Shown: positions 16,298 to 25,274 of the stretch, piece by piece | Numbering within the stretch: position 1 is the first letter of the stretch | Layout of the letters: each line of letters starts with the position of its first letter | NCBI GenBank assembly: GCA_964373175.1 | Contig: CAYJTP010000003.1 | Span: forward strand, 12,177-72,946 | Length of the DNA: 60,770 nucleotides | Source of the DNA: an uncultured Planctomycetales bacterium | GTDB lineage: Bacteria > Omnitrophota > Gorgyraeia > Aquiviventales > Aquiviventaceae | Direction of reading: 5' to 3' | The notes under the pieces: generated by a model | The model's database searches: none | What the model saw: only the letters and a program-made list of their open reading frames with translations | What the model was told of the DNA's origin: nothing | Made by a program: the position numbers and the translations under genes

Positions 16298-16902
16298 TGA
16301 AACTCATCGTGGGCCTTGGCAATGTCGGGCAGCCCTATGAGGGTACGCGACACAATGTGGGTTTCGAGGTGGTCCGGCGACTGGCCAGAACACGCCGGGT
16401 TCAGTGGAAACCGAAATTCAAAGCGCGTGAAACGATCGCACTGTCTGGGGATTGGAAACCCGGCCACGCCGTGGTTCGGCTGTTCCTCCCGCAACTCATG
16501 ATGAATCAGTCGGGGGAAGCGTTGGCCACTGCCGCTGAACGACCGGTCCTTCCTCAGGATATGCTGATTGTGTGTGATGACGTCAATCTCCCCTTGGGGA
16601 CCCTGCGCTTGAGGCCAAAAGGGAGCGACGGGGGGCACCATGGGTTGGCTTCCTGTCTTGAGGTCCTGGGGACCCACGCGGTGGCTCGCTTGCGGATTGG
16701 CGTTGGGGCAATGCCCCTGCCGAGAGACCTGACCGAGTTTGTCTTATCGCCATTCGACGCGCAGGAGCGTCCGACGGTCCATCAGATGATCGAACAGGCT
16801 GCGGTGGCGTGTGAACTGTGGGCGACACAAGGGATTGAGGTGGCGATGAATCGTGTGAACCCCGCCAAATGGCGGGATCATGGGGGCGGGGTGAACGCGT
16901 AA
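16297..16902 (+). CDS. pth: peptidyl-tRNA hydrolase
   Basis: MKLIVGLGNVG..Y..TRHNVGF. The ATG lies in the right arm of IR cassette 3. Confidence 0.93.
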   Translation: MKLIVGLGNVGQPYEGTRHNVGFEVVRRLARTRRVQWKPKFKARETIALSGDWKPGHAVVRLFLPQLMMNQSGEALATAAERPVLPQDMLIVCDDVNLPLGTLRLRPKGSDGGHHGLASCLEVLGTHAVARLRIGVGAMPLPRDLTEFVLSPFDAQERPTVHQMIEQAAVACELWATQGIEVAMNRVNPAKWRDHGGGVNA

Positions 16903-17228
16903 TGACGACGGACCGACTGTACGAAGTGCTTGCGATCCTGAAGGCGTCCGGCACAGACGCGGAGCTGTCTCAATCGGTGGCTCAGCTGGAAGAGCCGATC
17001 AAAAAACTCGGCGGCCAGATTGAGCGATCCGAAAACTGGGGACGCCGACGCCTCTCCTATCGGATTGCGCGGCAGCAAGAGGGCCACTATCACCTGGTCC
17101 AGTTCCGGATGGCCCCGGCACAACTCGATGAACTCAAGCGGCTCCTTCGGCTCAACGAGGCGATCTTGCGCTTTCTGGTGCTCAACCGGACCGACCACCA
17201 CCTGGCCAAACAGCCAGCGGCCAGTTAA
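16902..17228 (+). CDS. rpsF: 30S ribosomal protein S6
   Basis: MTTDRLYEVLAILKAS...WGRRRLSYRI. TAATG overlap with pth. Confidence 0.9.
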   Translation: MTTDRLYEVLAILKASGTDAELSQSVAQLEEPIKKLGGQIERSENWGRRRLSYRIARQQEGHYHLVQFRMAPAQLDELKRLLRLNEAILRFLVLNRTDHHLAKQPAAS

Positions 17229-17231
17229 CCG

Positions 17232-17654
17232 ATGGCCAATCTCAATCGCGTGCTGCTGATCGGCAACCTCACCCGGGATCCTGAGCTGCGCTATACGCCA
17301 AGCGGCACCCCTGTCGCGAACCTGCGCGTGGCGGTGAACTCGTTCTTTAAAGATCAGGCTGGCCAGCGCAAAGAGGAGGCGTGTTTTGTGACCGTCGTCG
17401 TCTGGAACAAACAGGCCGAAATCTGCAACCAGTATCTCAAGAAGGGCCGGTCCGTCTTCATCGAAGGTCGGCTCATTTACCGCAGCTGGGAGCAGGCCGG
17501 CAAAACCCGCTCGACCCTGGAAGTGCGAGCCGATCGGGTCCAATTCCTTGGGCCCCCGAAAGGCAGCCCTGAGCCCGCTGAGGCACTCGCGGCGGAAGAA
17601 CCCATGGCGGACAGCGTGCCGCAAGACCAAGCCTTGGAGGAGCCCCCGTTTTAA
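17232..17654 (+). CDS. ssb: single-stranded DNA-binding protein
   Basis: MANLNRVLLIGNLTRDPELRYTPSG, an OB fold, and an acidic C-terminal tip ...LEEPPF. Confidence 0.93.
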   Translation: MANLNRVLLIGNLTRDPELRYTPSGTPVANLRVAVNSFFKDQAGQRKEEACFVTVVVWNKQAEICNQYLKKGRSVFIEGRLIYRSWEQAGKTRSTLEVRADRVQFLGPPKGSPEPAEALAAEEPMADSVPQDQALEEPPF

Positions 17655-17782
17655 GAGTCCGTTTCAAAACCTCCGCTCGTTCAGGGCTCTGGGTTCAGGG
17701 CTCAGGGTAACGGCCCTGAGCCCGCAGCCAAGAGCCGAGGAGGTCGCGTGGCCCATCAGCAGAGCATGAGGAGCTTGAGCAG

Positions 17783-18007
17783 ATGCCAATAATCCGACGA
17801 GGTCCTCCGAAATCCTGCCGGTTGTGTGCCGAGCGGATTGACGAGATCGATTACAAGGAGCTCGATCGGCTGAGCCGGTTTGTCAGTGAGCGAGGGAAGA
17901 TCACCCCCTCACGCATTACCGGGACCTGTGCCAGGCACCAACGACGGTTGGCCGTGGCGATCAAGCGGGCCCGGTATATGGCCCTCCTGCCGTACGTCGC
18001 GATGTAA
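17783..18007 (+). CDS. rpsR: 30S ribosomal protein S18
   Basis: [42 protein letters not shown]. Confidence 0.93.
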   Translation: MPIIRRGPPKSCRLCAERIDEIDYKELDRLSRFVSERGKITPSRITGTCARHQRRLAVAIKRARYMALLPYVAM

Positions 18008-18013
18008 ACATGA

Positions 18014-18168
18014 GAAGACTCAAGAAGGCTTTAAAGGGCTTGAGAGGGCCCAGAGGGCAGTATGACCGAGAAACGATCCAATGCCTTCTGGCCTTTTTTG
18101 CCTTCTTACGCCTGCTGTGCCCTCTTGTGATCTTCTCAAGTCTTCTTGAGCCTTCTCAAGCCTTCTCC
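18014..18168. repeat. word-repeat hairpin (CTCAAGAAGGC/GCCTTCTCAAG family)
   Basis: Fills the rpsR-rplI spacer. The arms are made of CTTGAGA/TCTCAAG-type units. Confidence 0.7.
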
Positions 18169-18170
18169 TA

Positions 18171-18614
18171 ATGGATGTCATTCTTCTGAAAGACGTCGAG
18201 CAAGTCGGCAAAGCGGGGGGTGTCGTGCATGTCAAGCCCGGCTTTGCCCGCAATTACTTATTCCCGCAAGGCCTCGCTCTTGAGGCCAACCCGGCCACCC
18301 TGCGAGCCGTCGAGGAACGCACGCGCCAAGCCCAAGCGAAACTCACCCGCGTGCGCGAGCAGGCCGAACAGCTCAAGCGCCAACTCGAAAGCCGCTCGCT
18401 CAGCGTGAAGCTGACCCTCGGCGAGCACGACGTGGCCTTCGGGTCGATCACCGCCCACGACATCGTGGAGATGCTCGCCCAAGAAGGCATCACGCTTGAA
18501 AAGCACGCCATCAAGCTGGACGAACCCATCAAGACCCTGGGGATCTACGACGTGCCGGTGCGTCTCCATCCTGAGGTCACCGCGACGCTCAAGCTGTGGG
18601 TCGTCAAGGCCTGA
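18171..18614 (+). CDS. rplI: 50S ribosomal protein L9
   Basis: MDVILLKDVEQVGKAGGVVHVKPGFARNYLFPQGLA. Confidence 0.93.
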   Translation: MDVILLKDVEQVGKAGGVVHVKPGFARNYLFPQGLALEANPATLRAVEERTRQAQAKLTRVREQAEQLKRQLESRSLSVKLTLGEHDVAFGSITAHDIVEMLAQEGITLEKHAIKLDEPIKTLGIYDVPVRLHPEVTATLKLWVVKA

Positions 18615-18624
18615 AGGAAAAGAC

Positions 18625-18732
18625 ATTGCGGATTGTGCCCGCCTGCCCCACGACCCAAGGAGCGGGCAGGGAATGCGGATTGCGGATTGAATAATCTCTC
18701 AAATCCAAAATCGACAATCCAAAATCCGCAAT
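18625..18732. repeat. word-repeat hairpin (GCGGATT/AATCCGC family)
   Basis: Lies in the rplI-dnaB spacer. Same word family as 54676-54742. Confidence 0.75.
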
Positions 18733-18757
18733 AGACGAAGTTCGTGAAAGGACTTCA

Positions 18758-20092
18758 ATGGATTTGCCAGAACTCACCACCCTCGAGCGGCTTCCCCCGC
18801 AGAACCTCGACGCCGAGATGGCAGTCCTCGGTTCGATGCTCCTTGAAGAAGAGGCGCTGGCGACGGCTGCCGAGTTCTTGGAAGAAGAAGCCTTCTATAA
18901 AGAGGCCCATCGCAGGATCTTTGCGGCGATCCTCAGCCTCTACAAGGGCAACGTGGCCGTGGATCTGGTCACCTTGACGAACGAGCTGAAGCGCCGCAAC
19001 GTCCTTGAGGAAGTCGGCGGGCCAAGCTACTTGGCCACCTTGACGAGCGTGGTGCCGACGGCCGGGAATATTGAACACTACTGCCAGATCGTCAAGGAAA
19101 AAGCCATCCTGCGCAACCTCATCAGAGCCTCAACCCACATTGCCAGCGAATGCTACGAGGAAACCACCGCTGCGGATCTGCTCCTCGATCGGGCGGAAGC
19201 GAGAATCTTCGACATCGCCTCGAAGAAGATCAAGCGCGACGCGGTCGCCGTCAAGGAGCTGATCAAAAGTTCCATTGAGACCATCGACACCCTCTACCAG
19301 CGCAAGGGCTTTATCACCGGTCTGCCGACCGGATTTACGGAGCTGGACCAGATGCTCGCAGGACTGCAGCCTGCGGAGTTGATCGTCGTCGCGGGCCGGC
19401 CCGCCATGGGCAAGAGCAGCCTTGCCCTGAGCATCGCCGAGCACGTCGCGTTGGTGGAAAAAGCTCCCGTGGCGATCTTCAGTTTGGAAATGTCCAAGGA
19501 ACATCTTGTCCAACGGATGCTGTGTTCCCACGCCCGGATTAACGCGCACAATGTCCGCACGGGGATGCTGGCGACCAGCGACTGGCCGAAGCTCACGCAG
19601 GCCGCGGGCAAACTCTCCGAGACCCCGCTCTTCATCGATGACACGCCGGGGCTCTCCGTCTTGGAACTGCGGGCCAAGGCCCGGCGGTTGAAGAGCCGTC
19701 AGGGGATTGCGCTGGCGATCCTCGATTACCTGCAGTTGATGGAGGAGCGCTCGCGGTCGGAGAACCGTCAGCAAGAGATCGCGGTGATCTCGCGCAACCT
19801 TAAAGCCCTGGCCCGGGAGCTCAACATCCCGATCATCGCGGTCAGTCAGCTCTCGCGGGCCCCCGAGCGCCGCGAGACGTTTCGTCCCCGATTATCGGAT
19901 CTCCGGGAATCCGGCTCGATTGAGCAGGATGCCGATGTCGTCCTCCTCCTGTTCCGGGAGGAATACTACAATCCGTCGGAAGACAATAAAGGTATCGCGG
20001 AAATCCTCATCGGCAAGCAGCGTAACGGCCCGACCGGCACCGTGAAGCTCGCCTTCCTCAAGGAGTACACGCGATTCGAAAACCTCGCGTAG
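18758..20092 (+). CDS. dnaB: replicative DNA helicase
   Basis: 444 aa. PPQNLDAEMAVLGSML N-terminal domain and Walker A GRPAMGKSS. No intein. Confidence 0.95.
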   Translation: MDLPELTTLERLPPQNLDAEMAVLGSMLLEEEALATAAEFLEEEAFYKEAHRRIFAAILSLYKGNVAVDLVTLTNELKRRNVLEEVGGPSYLATLTSVVPTAGNIEHYCQIVKEKAILRNLIRASTHIASECYEETTAADLLLDRAEARIFDIASKKIKRDAVAVKELIKSSIETIDTLYQRKGFITGLPTGFTELDQMLAGLQPAELIVVAGRPAMGKSSLALSIAEHVALVEKAPVAIFSLEMSKEHLVQRMLCSHARINAHNVRTGMLATSDWPKLTQAAGKLSETPLFIDDTPGLSVLELRAKARRLKSRQGIALAILDYLQLMEERSRSENRQQEIAVISRNLKALARELNIPIIAVSQLSRAPERRETFRPRLSDLRESGSIEQDADVVLLLFREEYYNPSEDNKGIAEILIGKQRNGPTGTVKLAFLKEYTRFENLA

Positions 20093-20136
20093 GGTCTGGC
20101 GTCCACCGGCCACGGGCGCTGCAACTGCTCGGTCTG

Positions 20137-22437
20137 GTGGTCGTGACGACTGCCGCGATCACCGGCGCGATCGCAAAAGACGACACGGCCACAACCACCG
20201 CACCCGCAGGCCGTCGGGTGGTGATGGTGGAGGTGCGAGGCACGAGCACGATTGCCAAGGAAACGTGCTTAGCGCGGGTGCAAACCAAGCCGGGGATGCC
20301 CTATCAGGACAGCATCATCAGCGAGGATATCCGACGCCTCTATGCGCTGGGCTACTTCACTGACGTGCAGGTTGAGACCGAGTCCATTCCTGAAGGGTTG
20401 CAGGTCATCTTCGTGGTGAAGGAGAAACCCACGCTTGGCGCGATCGACGTTGAGGGCGCTCGACGCCTGCGCAAAGACCGCGTCCTCAAGCTCCTGGGGA
20501 TCAAGAAGGGCGAGCTCTACGATCCCCGCAAGCTCAAGGAGGGGGTTGACCACGTGAAAGCGGAGTATCACCGCAAGGGCTACTTTCAAGCAGAAGTTGC
20601 CACGAACCTCGTGGAGGATCCTAAGACCAACACGGCGACCGTCTACGTGGTGGTGGACGAAGGTCCCCGGATGCGCATGAAGGAGATCTTCGTGGAGGGC
20701 AACCTCGCCTTTCCGGATCGCCAGATTCGCCGGCTCCTGAAGACCAAGCGGAAGCAGTGGTTGACGTCAGGGGTGTATGATGAGCAGGTGTTCGAGGAGG
20801 ACCTCGAGCGCGTTCGGTCCTTCTATCGCCGCCATGGCTATCAGGATGTCGCGGTGACAAAGACCGTCGCGGTGGATCCTTCCGGTAAAGGGTTGGTGGC
20901 GAAGCTGACAATTACCGAAGGCCTCCAGCATCGGGTGGGTCAGGTCGCGATGGCGGGGGCGGTGCTCTTCCCAGAACATGAGCTGCGCAAGTGGCTCACG
21001 TTGAAACCGGGAGCCGTGTACGACACGGAGGCGCTGCAGGCCGACCTGCGGGCCATCAAGCAGTATTATGGCGACCGTGGGTACATCAATGCGCAGGTGA
21101 ATCCCGACACCCAGCTGGATGACGCCACGAAACGCGTCAATCTGACCTTTCGGATTACGGAGAATGAACTCGTGTATGTGAACCGGGTCGAGGTCCGCGG
21201 GAACCTGCACACCAAGGACGTCGTCATCCGTCGGGAGCTGCGCATTGCCCCAGGACAGCCCTTTGACGGGAAAAAGATCCGCCGTTCGATCGAACGGCTC
21301 TATAATCTCGGGTTCTTTGAAGAGGTTGATGTCAATACCGAGCCGACCACCCAGCCCGATCATCAGGATCTTGTCGTCGAGGTCAAAGAAGCCAAGACTG
21401 GCAGTTTCAGTTTTGGCGGGGGGCTTTCCTCGGTGGATCGCCTCGTGGGACTGGTCGAGGTCGAGCAGCGCAATTTTGACTTGAGGAACTTCCCGACGTT
21501 TACGGGGGCGGGGCAGGATCTCCGGTTCCGCGCCGAGGTCGGGACTGTCCGTCGCTTCTTTGATCTGTCATTTACCGAGCCCTGGATCTTTGGCTATCCG
21601 TGGTCGTTTGGGATCGATGTGTTCAACCGGACTCGCCTGCGCAGCCGCAATCTGGGATTGGCGTTTGAAGAGGAGCGCCAGGGTGGGGGGATTCGGCTGG
21701 GCAAGGAGTTTACTGACACGCTCCGACTGGATCTGAACTATCAGCTCTTTCGGATCGCAATCTCCGATGTCGTGGCGGATGCCTCAGCTGACCTGAAAGC
21801 CGAGCAGGGTCGCAATCACGTCAGCGTGGGCGGACTCACGCTCACATGGGATACCCGGGATAACCGGTTCGATCCAACAAAGGGATTCTATGCGTTTGGG
21901 TCGGCGGATTTGGCTGGCGGGATCCTTGGCGGAGACAAGGAGTTCTACCGGTTCCAAGGTGGGGCCAGCGCCTATCTGTCCCATTTTGACCGGTTTGTCT
22001 TTGAAAGCCGTGCGCGGGCTGGTCTCGTGAACGAGTTTTCCAATACTCCCGAAGTCCCCATCTTTGAGCGATTCTTCGCCGGGGGGAGCAACACCATTCG
22101 AGGGTTCCGCGAGCGGCGTGTCGGACCCGTGGATTCAGCATCCAACGACCCCATCGGTGGGGAAGCCATGTTCCTTGGGACGCTGGAAGAGGTCGCCACC
22201 CTGTTGAAGGACGAGCGGGGCAAACCCATCCTCAAAGGATCGCTCTTCTACGATGTCGGGAACGTCTGGCGGCACCTCAGTGATTTTGGCAGCTCCCTGA
22301 AATCAGGCGTGGGGATTGGGACGCGGGTGAACACCCCGATTGGCCCGGTTCGTGTGGATATAGGGTTTCCAGTCAGCCGTCTTGCAAGCGAGAAGCGCCG
22401 GCCTCGTCTGCATTTCAACATTAGTCGGAGCTTCTAA
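20137..22437 (+). CDS. bamA: outer membrane protein assembly factor BamA
   Basis: POTRA repeats followed by an Omp85 barrel ending ...RLHFNISRSF. The signal-peptide-like sequence continues upstream of the first canonical start, so the start is uncertain. Confidence 0.88.
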   Translation: MVVTTAAITGAIAKDDTATTTAPAGRRVVMVEVRGTSTIAKETCLARVQTKPGMPYQDSIISEDIRRLYALGYFTDVQVETESIPEGLQVIFVVKEKPTLGAIDVEGARRLRKDRVLKLLGIKKGELYDPRKLKEGVDHVKAEYHRKGYFQAEVATNLVEDPKTNTATVYVVVDEGPRMRMKEIFVEGNLAFPDRQIRRLLKTKRKQWLTSGVYDEQVFEEDLERVRSFYRRHGYQDVAVTKTVAVDPSGKGLVAKLTITEGLQHRVGQVAMAGAVLFPEHELRKWLTLKPGAVYDTEALQADLRAIKQYYGDRGYINAQVNPDTQLDDATKRVNLTFRITENELVYVNRVEVRGNLHTKDVVIRRELRIAPGQPFDGKKIRRSIERLYNLGFFEEVDVNTEPTTQPDHQDLVVEVKEAKTGSFSFGGGLSSVDRLVGLVEVEQRNFDLRNFPTFTGAGQDLRFRAEVGTVRRFFDLSFTEPWIFGYPWSFGIDVFNRTRLRSRNLGLAFEEERQGGGIRLGKEFTDTLRLDLNYQLFRIAISDVVADASADLKAEQGRNHVSVGGLTLTWDTRDNRFDPTKGFYAFGSADLAGGILGGDKEFYRFQGGASAYLSHFDRFVFESRARAGLVNEFSNTPEVPIFERFFAGGSNTIRGFRERRVGPVDSASNDPIGGEAMFLGTLEEVATLLKDERGKPILKGSLFYDVGNVWRHLSDFGSSLKSGVGIGTRVNTPIGPVRVDIGFPVSRLASEKRRPRLHFNISRSF

Positions 22438-22455
22438 CACAAGGAGATCAGATGG

Positions 22456-22612
22456 CAGAGGTCAGAGGTCCCTGCCCGCCCCTCGGATCACAGGGCAGGC
22501 GGGAGAAGTCAGAGATCAGAGGACAGAAAGCAATGATCAGGACGAGGCGCTCACGTTCGCCGTGGTTTGTCTGTCTTCTGTCTGCTGTCGTCTGCTGTCT
22601 GTTGTCTGTTCC
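22456..22612. repeat. word-repeat hairpin enclosing the skp start codon
   Basis: CAGAGGTCAGAGGTC..core..AGAAGTCAGAGATCAGAGGACAG (5' UTR) pairs with GTCTGTCTTCTGTCTGCTGTCGTCTGCTGTCTG (codons 12-27). Confidence 0.75.
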
Positions 22613-23093
22613 TTGTTCCCCGTCTGACGCCGCCGACACAAAAATTGGCTACGTGGATCTGGCGCGGGTTTTTGATGGGTATCAGCGGACGAAGGAATCC
22701 GACCAGGTCTTAGAACAAACCAGCAAGCAGAAACAAACCGAGCTGGAGGGTCGCGTGAACGAGCTGAAGAAACTGCGCCAGAACCTCGAGCTCCTCAACG
22801 ACCAAACCAAGGAGGCCAAGGCCAGGGAAATCGAAGAGAAGTCTGACGAGTTTCAACGCCTGAAGACGCGCACCGAACGGGAGCTCGTGCGCAAGCGCAA
22901 CCAGCTCGCCAAGGACATCCTCGATGAAATTCAGCAGACGGTGACGGAGTACGCCAAAGCGAACGGGTTTTCGCTCGTCCTGGATCAACGCTCCTTGTTG
23001 TATGGCCAGGATGCCTATGATGTGACCGACGATGTGCTGAAACTCCTGAACAGTCGCTACGCGACGAAAACCAGCAAATCGGATAAGCGCTAG
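22533..23093 (+). CDS. skp: OmpH/Skp family periplasmic chaperone
   Basis: Signal peptide followed by KIGYVDLARVFDGYQRTKE and a coiled-coil region. The signal-peptide codons are a word-repeat hairpin arm. Confidence 0.8.
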   Translation: MIRTRRSRSPWFVCLLSAVVCCLLSVPCSPSDAADTKIGYVDLARVFDGYQRTKESDQVLEQTSKQKQTELEGRVNELKKLRQNLELLNDQTKEAKAREIEEKSDEFQRLKTRTERELVRKRNQLAKDILDEIQQTVTEYAKANGFSLVLDQRSLLYGQDAYDVTDDVLKLLNSRYATKTSKSDKR

Positions 23094-24413
23094 ATGTCCG
23101 AGGCTCAACGCACGCTGGCGAAAGACGTCTCGATCCGTGGTCTTGGCATTCACACCGCTGAGGCCGTGACCCTGCGGATTCTCCCAGCGCCCGCAGATAC
23201 CGGGGTGATCTTCATCCGGACGGATTTACCCCATCGGCCCACGATCCCGGCCAGTCCCAAGCATCTCGTCGATCCTGGAGTCGGCATGCGCCGGACGAGT
23301 CTGGCCAAAGACGGGGTGGAAGTCCAGACCGTTGAGCATTTCATGGCGTCCCTCTATGGGCTGGGGATCGATAACGCCTATGTCGAAGTGACGGGTCCTG
23401 AGCTGCCGGGGGTCGACGGCTCAGCGTCGCCGTTTGTCCACCTGTTGAAATCGGCTGGGACCGTGGAGCAACAGGCCCCACGGAAATTCTTCTCCCTCCG
23501 TGAGCCTATCATGGTGCAAGAAGACGACTCGATGCTGGCGGTGTTTCCCGACCGGACGTTGAAGATCTCCTACACCTTGAGCTACAACCACCCCATCTTG
23601 AGAGCCCAGTTTGCAAGCTTCAATTCCCTGGAAACCCTGTTTGAAGACACCATCGCCCCAGCCCGAACGTTCTGTCTCTTGGAAGAGGCGGAGGCCCTCC
23701 GGGCCAAGGGCTTTGGGAAGGGGGCGACGTATGAGAACACCTTGGTCATCGGTAACGGCGGGGTGATCCAGAATACGCTGCGCTTTGAAGACGAGTTTGT
23801 CCGGCACAAGATTCTCGATCTGGTAGGGGATCTGTACCTGTTAGGGACCCGCTTGCACGCCTCGGTCATCGCCATCAAAAGCGGCCATCCGTTGAACGCG
23901 AAGCTCCTCCACAAACTGGATCAGGCGATGGAACAGTGGCGCGTGGGCTCGCTCCAATCGGGGACGCGCGAGGTCATGGTCGGGCCGCAGCTCGACATCA
24001 CCCAGATCCAAAAGATCTTGCCCCACCGCTACCCATTTCTCCTCGTGGATCGGATTGTGGAGTTGACGGACACCAAAGCCGTCGGGTTGAAATGCGTGAC
24101 GATTAACGACTACTTCTTTCGGGGGCATTTTCCTGATCGGCCGGTGATGCCGGGGGTCCTGCTCGTTGAGGCGATGGCGCAAGTCGGGGGGATCCTGATC
24201 TTGAATAAACCTGAGCACAAGCGCAAGCTCGCGTACTTCATGGCGGTGGACCAGGTGAAGTTTCGCAAGCCCGTGGTCCCAGGGGACCAACTCATTATTG
24301 AGGCGGAGTTAGGGAAGATCCGCTCCAGGACGGGGCAGATTACGAGCCGGGCGTCCGTCGATGGGAAGGTCGTCTGTGAAGGTGAACTGATGTTTGCGTT
24401 AACCGATGCGTGA
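23094..24413 (+). CDS. lpxC/fabZ: bifunctional UDP-3-O-acyl-GlcNAc deacetylase / 3-hydroxyacyl-ACP dehydratase
   Basis: LpxC fold over the N-terminal ~280 aa. The C-terminal FabZ hotdog domain has LPHRYPFLLVDRI...GHFP..PVMPGVL. Confidence 0.9.
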   Translation: MSEAQRTLAKDVSIRGLGIHTAEAVTLRILPAPADTGVIFIRTDLPHRPTIPASPKHLVDPGVGMRRTSLAKDGVEVQTVEHFMASLYGLGIDNAYVEVTGPELPGVDGSASPFVHLLKSAGTVEQQAPRKFFSLREPIMVQEDDSMLAVFPDRTLKISYTLSYNHPILRAQFASFNSLETLFEDTIAPARTFCLLEEAEALRAKGFGKGATYENTLVIGNGGVIQNTLRFEDEFVRHKILDLVGDLYLLGTRLHASVIAIKSGHPLNAKLLHKLDQAMEQWRVGSLQSGTREVMVGPQLDITQIQKILPHRYPFLLVDRIVELTDTKAVGLKCVTINDYFFRGHFPDRPVMPGVLLVEAMAQVGGILILNKPEHKRKLAYFMAVDQVKFRKPVVPGDQLIIEAELGKIRSRTGQITSRASVDGKVVCEGELMFALTDA

Positions 24414-25239
24414 CGCGGACGTGAACGCCAAGGCTCGGGTGCGGCGCCGCGCCTCTCGAGGCACGGCGGTTCATCCGATGGCGCTTGTGGATCCCCAGGC
24501 CGTCTTGGAGGCTGGGGTCGACGTGGGTCCGTATGCGGTGGTCGGTCCCCAGGTGCGGATTGGTTCCCGGACTCGGATCGGCGCGCACTGTGTGATCGAG
24601 GGAGACACTACCATCGGCTCCGACTGCCAGCTTTTTACGGGCGCGGTCATCGGGAGCATTCCTCAAGATCTCAAGTATACCGGCGAGAAAACCCAGCTGA
24701 TCATCGGGGACCGCAACCGGATCCGCGAGTACGTGACGATCAATTCAGGCACCAAAGGGGGCGGCGGCAAAACCGTCATTGGCTCGGACTGTTTGCTCAT
24801 GGCGTATTCCCATGTCGCCCACGACTGTTTCATCGGGAACCAGGTGGTCATCGCCAATAGCGCGGCCCTGGCCGGGCATATCCTCGTGGAAGATGCCGCC
24901 GTCATCGGCGGGTTGGTGGGGATTCATCAGTTTGTGCGTGTGGGGACCCTCGCCATCATCGGGGGTCTGTCGCGGGTGGTCCAAGACGTCCCCCCGTACG
25001 CCACGTGCGTCGGCTACCCCGCCAAGGTCTTTGGGGTGAACACCGAGGGGTTGCGTCGGGCCGGGATCTCGAAAGACGCCAAGGAGCATCTGCGCAAGGC
25101 CTTCCGCGTGCTGTTCCACTCCGGCCTGTTGATGAGCCACGCCATCGATCAGGTGGCGCAGGACGCCAATCACTGCCCAGAAGTCGACCATCTCCTGAGC
25201 TTCATTCGACAGTCGAAACGCGGCGTCTGCCGCGCCTAG
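24406..25239 (+). CDS. lpxA: acyl-ACP--UDP-GlcNAc O-acyltransferase
   Basis: VHPMALVDPQAVLEAGVDVGPYAVVG hexapeptide beta-helix followed by a helical C-terminal domain. Overlaps the lpxC/fabZ stop. Confidence 0.9.
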   Translation: MRDADVNAKARVRRRASRGTAVHPMALVDPQAVLEAGVDVGPYAVVGPQVRIGSRTRIGAHCVIEGDTTIGSDCQLFTGAVIGSIPQDLKYTGEKTQLIIGDRNRIREYVTINSGTKGGGGKTVIGSDCLLMAYSHVAHDCFIGNQVVIANSAALAGHILVEDAAVIGGLVGIHQFVRVGTLAIIGGLSRVVQDVPPYATCVGYPAKVFGVNTEGLRRAGISKDAKEHLRKAFRVLFHSGLLMSHAIDQVAQDANHCPEVDHLLSFIRQSKRGVCRA

Positions 25240-25274
25240 ACCCGCTCAACCAACAACAGCCTGACCCCAAGCCC

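Noticed and set aside
15309-16322. 337-aa minus-strand ORF opposite rplY and cassette copy 3
   Set aside because: It lies antisense to a ribosomal protein gene and has a Ser/Pro/Ala-rich translation with no domain signature. The same reasoning applies to 25236-26123, 33346-34446, 16878-17630, 13131-14150, 39036-39842, 50079-51023 and 41744-42430.
18014-18732. Word-repeat arrays as possible CRISPR arrays
   Set aside because: The units are only 7-9 nt and are directly adjacent, with no unique spacers. They are paired with complementary arrays to form hairpins. No cas genes are present.
23094-24413. The lpxC-fabZ gene fusion as a novelty
   Set aside because: Bifunctional LpxC/FabZ proteins are already annotated in several bacterial phyla. 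The architecture is notable but known.
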